DNA of 63,830 nucleotides, the filler included, from Intoshia linei (taxonomy: Eukaryota > Animalia > Orthonectida): assembly GCA_001642005.1 (NCBI GenBank). It is 6 parts of 6 records of this genome, joined end to end, with 100 filler letters (N's around TTAATTAATTAA, not from the genome) between each part and the next. Parts side by side here need not be neighbours in the genome. Positions count along the whole stretch, not along the records: positions 23,022 to 53,541 come from LWCA01000357.1; 5 more parts are not named here. One strand, given 5' to 3'. The position numbers and the translations under genes were made by a program. The notes below the pieces were generated by a model. That model saw nothing but the letters and a program-made list of their open reading frames with translations, did no database searches and was not told the origin of the DNA. Numbering within the stretch: position 1 is the first letter of the stretch; each line of letters opens with the position of its first letter. This document shows, piece after piece, positions 26,006 to 43,400 of the stretch.

Positions 26006-29000
26006 TTATTTAATAGTTTTTGAGATTTCGCGATATTTTCTTTCTTCTTTTTTATTTTTTTTGTCGCCCATGGCTAGTTCTCTAAATTTTTAATTAAAAT
26101 TATTGAAAATGGTATTTACATTGTTAAACGATTAATTTTCAAATAAAAAATACTTGTAATCGATACTTCCATCATTATCAATATCCAACTTGTTGATCAT
26201 TATTGTCATTTCCTTTTCCGACAATTCTAATCCAATTTTCTAGTTTAAAGTTGACAAATACAATTATTTTATTTTACTTCGATTCCACTCTTCAATTCCT
26301 CGTGGGTAATTGACCATGATTGGTCTCTATCAAATGAAACAAAAAGCTAAAAAATATTAAATTTAAATGTTAATTAAAAGTTTCTTACATCTAATAATCT
26401 GTAACCTGCTTTATCAGCATAATCGCGAAGTTTTGTCATTGGATCATTTCTAATTTAAAATATAATAAACATTAATATTTTAGTTTATTTAGGTATTAAT
26501 TGTAGAGTCCTGCAATGGGTGATTTTTTTTAAATATCAAAATTAATTTATCTCTATAATTTATTTAAACACCACCTACGTACAAACGGATCTCCTAGCTC
26601 TGCTGAGGGCGAACTTTTTTAATTCTATCAAAAAAAATTAAAAAGGGTAATCTAGGGTTTTTACCGTGAAAATGAACTTTTTTGAAATTATCATTTATGA
26701 CTATTCATATAATTTTAAAAACTATCTCAAAATTTATATTTTTTTAAAAAAAGGTATTTTGGGGTTTTGGTTCTGAAGATATACCGTTTTGAAATTTAAA
26801 TTTATGAGAATGCTCATGATTTTAAAATTTGTATCAGAAATTATACTTTTTTATATTCTAGGACTGGTTTGATTTTCAAAAAAAGGACAATTGGGTTTTT
26901 GACCGGTAATATGTAAGTTTCAGAGACTGACATTTATCGTACTTATCTCCCGAAAAAAACTGACTAGAAATTTGTGTTTGTTAAAATTTTCATTATGTTT
27001 GATTTCAATCAAATAAATATTTTAGGCGTTCACTGGCTGTTAAGAAACATTTTGACAGACACCGTGGGCGAGAATTGTAAATTTGGATGGGCAGGGCTCT
27101 AACTAATTTTATTTAATTAAAACCTAAATCTTTCTTCATTTGTCATTTCCGTCATTTTTAGGAGACCTTCTTTGGATTTAATACCTGCATATACCAACTT
27201 AAATGTTCGGTAAGATTTAATTTTTTCGTATACTTCTTTGCCATCTTCATTTATAAAACTGGTCTGAACGTATACATTTATTTATTATAAAAAATATATT
27301 TTATTTGTAATTTTAAGAAATAACCGATAAATTCACATATTCCATTTCTGTTTTGTCATTCTTATTTAAACTTTGTAGCATGTAGAATACTGATTCAGGA
27401 GAAATATCATTGTAGCTCACCTTTAAATACAAAATTTACAGATAAAATGAAATTTACTAAAAGTGATCTTAACACATCATTTTCCGTTAAACCGTTGGAC
27501 AACATTTGAAATGTTTTTGAATTTATTCTATTTGTATGCAAGTTTAATTCAATTAAAGATTGATTTCTTTTTAGTGCTTCACCAAACGAGGCTACACCTT
27601 CCGCTAATCCGTTCATTGCAAGATTTAATTCTTTTAATCCATAATTTTCCTATTTGATTATAGCTTATCTACACAAAAATTACGCGGATAATTTCGGCAA
27701 GATACGGGCAAGTGGATTTTCGCATTAAATTCCAACTCAAATCCAATATTTTTAGCGATTCATTATGTAAAAGAGCTTCTTTAATCCAATATATTGATTC
27801 CTTTTCGAGTTTATTGTTTTTTAGATATAAAAATCGTAGTGTACTATTGTTCTAAGTTTATACAAAAATTATAATTATACACCATTATTGAATACTAACT
27901 TGACTGTTATGCTTTGTACAAACAACAGCTAAGTCTACGAGGGCGCAATTTTAATTTTATATTTCAATCGTAATAAATATTAATAAACAATGTTTTCCAG
28001 TAAATCGTATTTAATAATTTATGTGGTAAACATATCAACGAGTTTATTAAATGACATAAAAAAAATGCAATCAGGATCCGAAACAATAAGAAGCATTCAT
28101 TTACGTAATATATTATAATTTCCTAAAAATTACATGTAACAGTTCATATAATGATTCACCAATATTGTCCGTTAGATTATTACCTTATTTATTATTAAAA
28201 TAAGAGTAAATTTTATGAATTAAATACATACCAGATAAGTCTAAAATGACAATTGATTTGTTTATTTTTAAATTATTGAACAAGTGTTTGCAACCCAAAT
28301 CGCCAAATAAATTTTCTGATACATTCTAATCATGCATAATTATATACGAATATTAAAAATTACCAGATCATGAAGTGAAATATTATCACGTAAAGTATAT
28401 GATAATTGAGAAATGCCTTTAATATCTATGCAATTTCCTTGCAAATCCATTTTTTCAATTCTATTGTTAATCTAAACATTTGTTTTTATTGTACAAGTTA
28501 ATTTTTCATGTCCACAGAAAATTATTTATTGATTTCATAAATAAATAATTATTCCAATTTTGATATAAAATGGGAAATAAAGACATTTCCGTTGAAATTA
28601 TTTCATAGTTTCTTATTTTTATTATTATTTATTTTCTATTTTTGATTTTTATTAATGACGGAAAATAGTTGAAATTTACCCCCGGGGTACACATAAATCA
28701 CATTTAATGTCTCAGATATTGATATTTCAGAATTTTACCTCTAGAGCCTTAGTCATGGCAACACATGCTTTTCCAGATAACCCGTAATACTTCATGGACA
28801 TTTTTTTATCCATTATGCGTTTGATGAATATAGATATAGGCACCTCATTAAGTTTTTTGCATTCTATCAAATATTGGTCAATCCCGGTTGGATCGTATGG
28901 CATGTTTGGAAACATATTAGCTAGTATATAATGATTAACAGTGCGATTGTATGACATTGAAACTAGCCATAACATTTAAAAATTAAAATAATAAAAATAA

Positions 29001-30709
29001 GCAAATATAATATGCAAGTGTAATTTTTCGGTGCGGTTAGAATTATAATTGTATTTATATTATAATTCAATTTGTGCAGTTCAATTTTTTTATTTTCAAA
29101 TATTTTCATTAGTATAATACATATTTTTAACTATAATATTATTGTTTTACTGAAATATATCGCCAAAACTTTTGAATTACCCAATTTGACCAATAATTGA
29201 GGCTTTATTGTCAAAGCAGGAAATTATATTATCAATTATATTTAAATATTTTTTCAAATGTCGCACAAATTGGTCATAGGACCGACAGTGCACTATCTGG
29301 GACTTAGCCATATCCCTGTGTTTAAAAATGTTATATTGGGCTTTCAAAAAAAAAATATAAAACTATACATAGTTTTATATTTCATCTCATCTTTTATAGT
29401 AAATCCAAATAATACATATATATTTAAACGGCACTGATCAGTTATCACGCATATATGATTTATAATTACATAAAAGTGTATGGAATTCTGAGGCTTGTTC
29501 ATTAGACTCTAAGTATATTTATAAATACATATATTACATTGATATAATATGCTATAAAAATATATATCAATGTTTACAAATGTAACATTTAAAATGTTAA
29601 TAAATATAGTGACTAAGGAGTTTCGTTAAATCTATAATGCAGGGCGTACAACCTACACTGTGGGCAATCTAAGTGATTATAATAATTTTGTTGAAAAATG
29701 TATATATGTATAATTTTATGTCGCTATATAAAATCATAATAAAAGATGCACTGTGTGTTTCATAATACATGTACTTATATTTATTTATTTAATTATATAT
29801 ATATATATATTTAATTTTGTAAATCATTTTTGTATTTATTACAATGATTTGCAATGTTGGTAAAATTCATCCAAAATTTGTTTCTAAAGTGTTGATTCCG
29901 TTAATTATTAATACAAAATTGATATTTTTAACTATTCTCGAAAGTGCATACTGGATAATATTCAGTGAATATATATCATCTTTAATTAAGGTTAATTATT
30001 CATAAAATTCTTTACGCAAATGTTAACAAAATAAAATTAAAGTGGAATAATTAGATTTTAGTGAATTTATTTTTTTTGTGGAATAAAAATGTCCCTCTTG
30101 GCAGAGCTAGGTGTTGTTTGTTTGTAGTACATAGGAGTCAACTAGTTCATAAATAATTATCAAAAAATATAAATATTGTGCTTCCATAATCTGAATAAGT
30201 AAAGTAGATTTGCGGCCAAATTGATGAAAAAATTGTACAGTGTACAATGACTACAACAGTAATCAATAGAAAATATTTTTGATGTTTTATTACTTAATCA
30301 GTCATTACAGTTTGGAAAAAAACCGTAACTTAACAAAAATTATTAAGTCTGCAAAAACTATTTCTATGAAGTAGGGGTCCATCCATTTCAAAACATTGAC
30401 AGTTCATGATTTAATCTAAATTCTAATACCTGACTGAGATTCATGCCTGTCAATTTTATTGTCATCGTCATTGGTTTGGTTAATTTCACAATTTTTGACA
30501 AAATTATCGAGAATGAATTCATTAAAATGTTGTGTCTGACCAGTTTGTTGCCGTTCATATTTTTTGTATATGCTATCTTCTTTGTTGTAGTCAGTTTGCA
30601 CTTGATTAATTAGTGTGATTGTTGAATCAGCCAAATCCTTATTATTCTTAACGGGGTGATCAAGATTAGTAGCGGTAGGTTTTTCATTTGAAACATTCGT
30701 TTCAACCAT
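26006..30709 (-). CDS. LRRC74: LRRC74-like protein (RI-type LRRs + C-terminal EF-hand pair), multi-exon
   Basis: YDPTGIDQYLIECKKLNEVPISIF...YYGLSGKACVAMTKALE, LRR exons (NDSLKILDLSWNL, NQSLIELNLHTNRI), then DPMTKLRDYA..., FDRDQSWSITHEEL, LDIDNDGSIDY|KELAMG, and TAA at 26006-26008. The first exon assignment (30709) is less certain. Confidence 0.8.
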
Positions 30710-30907
30710 TTTATTGGATTAATAGTTTATTAATTTCCGAAAAACAGCACAATGCATATATTATTTAGTTAATCATGTTCTATTTATTATATGAATAGAA
30801 TTAGGATTATTGGAATAGATCATAGACCTATTGTAAAAATTAAATATATGGGTAAAATGTTAGAATGCTAAAATGCTAAAATTTTATTGAATATTACATT
30901 AAGTATA

Positions 30908-35607
<4,700 letters not shown>

Positions 35608-36140
35608 TCCCAGTTTATTAATGAGATTATAGGTTAAATTAAAATAAATTATGTCACGCTACAATAAAATTCATTTAGTAAAAAATGTTGAATGTAATAT
35701 TTATTCAGCCAGTGCAAGCGTATATTTTGTTCAATTTTAAATTTATAGAATGAAGTATTTTAAATTCGACTTTAAAATGGATTTTTCAAATTGATTATAT
35801 CGATTGGTCGAACATGGTTATTAAACTTTCTCTTTTGTGCCAGATTTTTTCATCTACAGATATATTTTGCCTTTAATGACTGTATTAACCCCGATTTTAC
35901 ATCAATTTAGGTTTAAAATTGTTAATGACGATTGTACCATTTCAATTACATAATTACATTGACAATTCGTTTAAGTATTGAATATTATTGCAATTATTTA
36001 ATCAATAGTGTTCTCATTTTATTGAGTATCGACTATGTATCAAAATATGTGCCAGTAGAAATTTTCCAAATTTAAAATTCAAATAAGGTTACACAAGTTT
36101 TAAATTAAATTGATAATTAGACGAGCGATTTCTTTTGAGT

Positions 36141-36297
36141 TAAAGTGGCTAGAAAAATACGTACTATCACTTTTAGTTTATTTGGTGCTAAATGTAAAGC
36201 CAAAACTACTTATCTATGATGATGAATAAAAATTTTCGGCTTAAAATTTATTTCAAATAAACTAAAAGTGATAGTACGTATTTTTCTAGCCACTTTA
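36141..36297. mobile_element. MITE with perfect 44-bp TIRs
   Basis: 36141-36184 is the exact reverse complement of 36254-36297. Flanked on both sides by TTTGAGT. Confidence 0.8.
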
Positions 36298-36947
36298 TTT
36301 GAGTAAAAACCAGGGTTGATTGATGAGAGTTGGATTTAGTACAATAAGATTTAAAATTATTAAAAGCTAAGAAACCTAGAGTATTATTTTTTTGTACCTG
36401 GAGTTTTTTTTTAAAACATAAATACTAATATAGTTTACAAGATTTATACTGACTATACATTTCATTATCTGAAATTTGCATATTTATGGTCAAAACTAAA
36501 ATTTGGCACTATTTTGAAAAAAAAATTGAAAAATTTTAAAATTATAAAAAATACCAACTATAGTAGTTTTTTCATTTAACATTACGATTGGGAATCGATA
36601 AAAAATTATCGGTAAAAATGTTCGGTAAAATTATCGGAAAAATATTTTTTTAAATTTATAACGGTAAATGAAATTATAATAATAATATTTTAAATTTAAT
36701 TTTATTAATCTATTTATTCTTAAATCTATTTTATTGCAATGGCTACAATATAGTAATTGTTTGTTTTAAGTACATATTTTAAGTTAGTATTCCTAACTTG
36801 CGATTTTTGTGTTTGTCTGTCTGTATGTTATTGTTTATTTCAATAACAAAGAGAAATAAAATTTTAAAAAAAATACATTCCAAGTTAGTTTTTTCCGGGA
36901 AAGAAAGTAATATAAATTTCAATCTCAGAAACTTACATAATACCGGT

Positions 36948-37166
36948 AGTAACGATAGAGCACCATTAGAGTAACCATTGTTAAACTCACTTCACTCTAG
37001 AATGAATATATTATGTAAATTCATTTTCTACATGAAATAACATGTTTGATATATAAGTTTATATTAGTACAATATTTAAGTTACTGCTAGTACTTAATAT
37101 CATTATCTCGTTACTAAATGTATTTATAACTTCCTTTTTTTGAGTTATACACCCGATTACGCTACT
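36948..37166. mobile_element. 219-bp insertion with 5-bp TSD; solo-LTR candidate
   Basis: CCGGT|AGTAACG ... CGCTACT|CCGGT interrupts the Helitron motif ACTTACATA.TACCGGTCAA. Confidence 0.55.
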
Positions 37167-37619
37167 CCGGTCAATCCTATTTTTTTGAAAATTAAATGAG
37201 TTCTAGAATTTAAAAAAAGTAGACACTCTGATACAGATTTTGAAATCATGAACATTCTCATAAATTTAAATTTCAAAAAGGTATACCTTCACAACCAAAA
37301 CCAGAATATATCTTTATTTAAAAAATAATTTGATCTCACTAAAAATTACATTAAATTGACATTAAAATCCTATTATTAAAAATTAACATAACATATTTCA
37401 TAAATAACAAATGTAACATAATTAATGGTCCTAGAATTTAAAAAAATATGATTCTAACACAGTTTATATCAGCTCATCTTGAGAAAAAATTTCAACCTCA
37501 GAAATCGACATAATCGTGATTAAAAACGCACTTCAAATTTTTCAAATATTCAATAATTGTTGAAAATTTAAACGTTTATCATACACAATGTAATCTCTTA
37601 AATGTAAACCTTTCCTACA

Positions 37620-38612
37620 TGTATGTGTGGGTGTTATCGTATACTTAAAAAATTCAAAGTTGTAGAATTTTAAAAAACCCAATTTCTGATACAGTTTTTG
37701 CTGGGGATGTCTAAATTTATTTTCCAGTTTCCGAATGTGAGTCCTTTAGGGTCAAAAACCCATTTGGACCTTTTGTTTATAAATAAAATTAGCGCAAAAA
37801 TGAAATAAAACATAATTTCTGGGACACATTGTAAAATCATTAAGATTGTCGTAAATCTTAGCCTCAAAAACGTACACCTTTATGGTAAAAACCACAAATT
37901 ACCCTTTGTTTTAAAAATGAAAAATGTCCTAAAATTTTATAAAACATAAATTCTGGAATAGTTTTTAAAATCAAAAGTATTATCATAAATGGCAACCTCA
38001 AAAAAGTACATTTTCACGATGAAAACCACAGATTATTCTTTTTTAAAAAATTAAAATAGTCATAGAATTTTAAACAAAATTACAGTTAATATAACTATAT
38101 CCATTTAACACACACGAAAAATTTCAATCTGAAAAAGTGACGTAATTCTATCTGTAATTTTTTTTAAATTCTAGGGACATTTTCATTTTTTAAAAAAGGG
38201 TAATCTGTGGTTTTCATCGTGAAAATGTACTTATTTGAGGTTGCCATTTATGATAATACTTTCGATTTTAAAAACTATTCCAGAATTTATGTTTTATAAA
38301 ATTTTAGGATATGTTTCATTTTTAAAACAAAGGGTAATTTGGGGTCGTTCTGAGGCTGATACTAACGACAATGTTAATGATTTTAAAATCATCCCAGAAT
38401 GTATGTTTTATTAAATTTTTGGGCTGATTTTTTTTAAACAAAATGGAAAATTGGGTTTTTGACCATGACTCAAATTTTGAAACTGAAAAATAGATAAAAT
38501 ACACTCTGGATAAAACTATATTAAAAATTGGGTTTTAGTAATTCCGACGACTGTCAATTTATTCAATAAATGGTTACACACACTGACATTCATTTTTATA
38601 TAAGTAAAGGAT
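37620..38612. repeat. Foldback (inverted) Helitron pair
   Basis: About 37895-38085 is the reverse complement of 38152-38340. Weaker inverted similarity extends to Helitron 5'-type leaders at both outer ends. Confidence 0.65.
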
Positions 38613-39149
38613 ACTGAGAATATTTTAATATACGAAGTACTAGGGTAGCAATTTAACAGTAAATTTTGTTTAAATATAAAAACTGTTAAAAGAATAATTG
38701 AGGTTTTTTATCATGAAGGACTCAATTTCTCAAAATAACATTTGCGATGCAAGATATCCTTCGAAAAAATATATAAGAAATGAGATTACTTAAATCTCTA
38801 AGCCTCATACTTTTTTGACGGAACAAACAAATAAATAAACAGACATATATTTAACCAAATTATTATACATAATAAGTATTTACCGTTATAAATTTTTACC
38901 TATTGCCAAGCCTAGTAAGTAATAAGTAAATATTGTGGCGTAATAAAAATATTTAAAGGTGGCATTTAAAGTTTACAGAGTGACCTACCAACGTCGAGGT
39001 CAACATGCAAAAAATGAAAATGCAAAAATAATAGATTTTTGAAGACGATATGAAGTGTCACATAGCTCTAGTCACCTGTTAAATACTCTTGAATTGAAAT
39101 TTTAAATTTAATACACCAAATATTTATAATATTCAAGAATATAATTTAA

Positions 39150-39538
39150 CTAGCTTGACTGTTATGTACTACGTATAAACAGCACCTAGCTCTGCCGAGG
39201 GCACATTTTTATTATATCAAAAATTAAATTCATGTTGAAAATCTAACTTAAAAATCATACTATTCATTATTATCAATCCTTAAAAGGAGTGGTTCCCAAA
39301 TTTTTTTTAGGTGGAACCATCATATCACATTACTTTTTACTTTAAAGTGAATTATTCCACTTAATTTTTTGTTTGTTAACATTTGTGTAAAAGAATTTTA
39401 AAAACAATATAAAGTAAAAACAGTCCAATCCTTTTTTTAAATTTAAATTTACAGACAGATTTAACATTTTCACATTTAACAGATAAACAGACATACACAC
39501 ACAAACAAAAATCGCGTAGCATATTAAATAAGTTAGAA
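39150..39538 (-). mobile_element. Complete short non-autonomous Helitron
   Basis: Minus strand A|TTCTAACTTATTTAATATGCTACGCG... to hairpin + CTAG|T. Confidence 0.8.
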
Positions 39539-40422
39539 TAATAAGCGAATAATCTAATATGAAATGAACGATCAGTGCAAAACGATTTTACCAACTCTGT
39601 TTGAAGGGATCGGTAAAACGTGTATTGTAATTTTGACATTTTGGCAAAATTGAAAAAGTCCGCCCTTGGCATCCCTCGTTACTGTTTGTATATTGACTTA
39701 AATTAAATTAAACATACATATGTAACAGTCAAGCTATAATAAATATTTTTAAATGATAAAGAATTATAAACTTACACAGTGTGTCCCATCAGAAGACACC
39801 ACTTAAAAACACAAAAAAGTGGACACCCTATTAATCACTGATCATGTTTAATTTAAAAAACTTATTGAATTGGGCTATATTACTCGAATCAATTATTATA
39901 ATCTTAGTAAAGAAAACTGAAATAATTGTTTAAATTTTTGAACACGTAAACTAAATTTTCTGGGTTAATTTCCAAAATTTGTGCACTTGAAGTATAGTAA
40001 ATGAAACATTAATTATAGTAAAAAATAGTTAATAAATTATAATGAATTTTTTAAAATAATTGAAACGTAAATAATAAATTACGAGACAATAAAGGGTTAA
40101 TTAACTGATAATGACAAAAATATAGTAACCTTATTTGTAAAACAAATCAATCGAAAAATTGTACACTCTGAAGTATACTTTTCCAAGAAACATGCATGGT
40201 CGCTTGTAAAACTATGTGTTTCCAAAACAAAACTAGATCACTTTTTGTTAGCCAAGCCAGTAATGTTGATTGGTCATTGTTTTGACCCAAGAGATTTATT
40301 TAAACATTCCATTTATAACCAAGTTAATGTTATAAATAACGAAATGAGTATTCGTAAATGGTATACTTTAACACAATTACATTTCATTTTAAATTTTATA
40401 GAGAATTTTAATTTTAACAAAT

Positions 40423-43400
40423 ATGAATATTTCAGGATTTTTTTGTATCGGTAAATACTTGGTAAATTAAATGTTAATTATCACTTATAGTTTTTATATC
40501 AATTTGCGCATTTGGAATAGGTAATTAAAACATTTATAAGGGGTATTTCTAAGGGTTTATTTTTTATCTGAAATTTTCATAAATAATATAACTTATTATT
40601 ATTATTAATAAGTACTTAAAAATGTTTTATTTGCCATTTATAGATGCACAAACAAAATGTAGTATAACAAATTGTGCCGATTGTTTGAATGTCGATTTGA
40701 AATGTGAGGGATGTTCTCCTAAATATTATATGGACAATTCAACTGCGCTATGCAAAAGTAATTTTTAATTGGGTTATATTTAATATTATCCAGGTCATTA
40801 AAATTTTATATTTCAATAATAACGTTTTATTTTTTGATACAACTGTGTGATATAGATATTGAAAGTTTTCACTATAATTCAAAATTCTATTGGATTATAA
40901 TAGTTTAATAAATAACAATACTTATTTTATAGGTTGTATTGGAAATTGCGATGCTTGCTCAGCTAAAGCTTCTTGTACAAAATGTTCAACAAAGTATTTT
41001 TATGATACAAAGAGTACAGCCTGTATAGGTATGACAATTACAAATGAAATCACATCATCATTCTAGAATGCGTTCCAAAATGCGATTCTTGCCCAAATGC
41101 ACTCAACTGTGATGCATGTTCGTCAGGAAACTTTAAAGTGACCGCTGGCGTGAAATGCTTTAGTATACATTTTTTCTTAATAAATTAATTAAAAAACTAG
41201 GCTGTTCTTCCAACTGCATGAAATGTCGAAGCAATACAGACTGTACTATGTGCGCTACAGGATATTATTTGAACGCCAAAGCCTGCATTCGTAATTGTAT
41301 TTAATGCAAAAATAATTTGGTTTAGAATGTCCAACAAAATGTGACAGTTGTAGTGCTGCTGCAAGTTGTACCACCTGTGCAAAAGATTATTACTGGGATA
41401 CAGTTTCTCTCACTTGCTTGAGTACAAAACAGTTTTAATTTAATTATTATTATTTAGCTTGTGGAGTAAATTGTGCTTCAGGATCTTGCAGCCAAAGTAA
41501 TGGATGTACGAAATGTAATGTCGGATATTTAATTGACAATAAAAAATGCAGAAGTAGATTTAATATTTTGATCATCTTTATCAAATTTAGAATGCGAAAC
41601 ATTAACGTCTACCAGTTGTCCTAAATGTTTAACTTCTACTTTCGGGCACTTTTGGAATACTAATGTTTGCTCACGTACGGTCAATTTTTAAACAACGTTA
41701 TCATTATTTAGAATGCACAGCAAATTGTTTATCTTGTACATCCACCACTACCTGTGGTATAACAAATGTTGACTCTTGCTCAAGCGGATTTGCATTTGAT
41801 TCCACCACAACCACTTGTAAAGGTACGTAAAATATTAATCAGTATTTTTAATGGTATGTATAGCATGCAGTACTTACGCTACCGTTAAGACAGGATTGAA
41901 TAGTAAAGCCGCAAGTTGTCATAAATGCCCTGGATTTTTCCATGCCACAACATGCCAAGGTTTATATTATCATTTTATTACATGAAAATATTTAAATATC
42001 GCATAGCTTGTACCACTGCTGTTGAAACTCAAACTAAATGTGAAAGATGTGCTGACAATGCAAACTCTTATGTACGAATTGGATATTGGGCAACTGGGTA
42101 TACTTGCAAAGGTATCTTAAACATAATTATTATAATGAGAATTAACAAAGAAGAATTTTTAAGAGGTGGTAGAAAATATTCCCTTCAATATTTTTAAATT
42201 TTGGATGTTTAAGTATAGTTTACCAAAAAGGATTCGGTTTTCATTGACGGTTGATAAACTTAAATTTATTATTAGAAATAATAAATTTTTTATATAAATA
42301 TTTATTAACATAAATAATATAAAATACATTTTTTATTTTAAAATTTTAATATCTAAGGGTAAAATGGATTTTCCGTTACAAGTTTGAAAAAGTAGATTTT
42401 TTAATCCATGTTCGTGAGAAGGGAGATTTTGTATTAACATTCTAAAATTTTATTTTTGAAGGGTTGGTACAATGGATTTTCACTGTTAATGGCTTGAATG
42501 GTTGAATAAATGAAATATTTGAGAAACTGATATATTATAAATAGTATATATACAATGTATATTATTATATTATATAAATGTATATAATTATATATTGTAA
42601 TAATATATAGATAAATAAAAAATAAATAAATATAAAATCTTTTAGCCGTGGATTGTACCAATACTGTAGTGGCCACAGCATTAGGTTCTGAAGTTGAATG
42701 CGTTTTCTGCTCAGATTACTTTTTCAGTACAACATGTCAAAGTAAACTTTTTATTAAAATTACTCTATATCAATTTAAGAAATGTCCACCGCTGAAGGAT
42801 GTGCTTCAACTACCGTAGACATTGAAGGCTTAGCTGCAATTAAATGCAAAAGTTGCGATAACAGAGTTTTGAGTGACGGCAGTAAAAAAACATGCCATAG
42901 AAAAGGTTCCTTTTGCGAAAATCTAATATAACATAATTTAGTTGCATGCACTGGATCTTTTGATCATGCTGATAAAGCTCTTCATTGTGGTCATTACGTA
43001 TCTGCAACTAGCTGCTTACGTACATTATATTGTGATAAATACACAAAATATAATTTTTAGCTATTGATTGTGATAATTTGGCAGGGTTAAACACTCTTGC
43101 AAAATGCACAGGATGTGTCAATCGATACTGGGATGCTGCTACTACGAGTTGCAAAAGTAAAATATTTTAAAAATTATAATTATATAATTACATAAAAAAT
43201 TTAAACGTGATTTAGTGATCAATTGCTATGATGTTGATGCAGTCAAACTGTTGACAGTAGAGAGTATGTGCTTTGGTTGTCGAAGGGTAGGATTTTATTA
43301 TGACGGAACAAAATGTGCTCAACTTGCTAGTAATTAATTAAAAAATTGACCAAATCTACAATTTTTATATACAATTACAAATACAATTTATATTAGTTAA

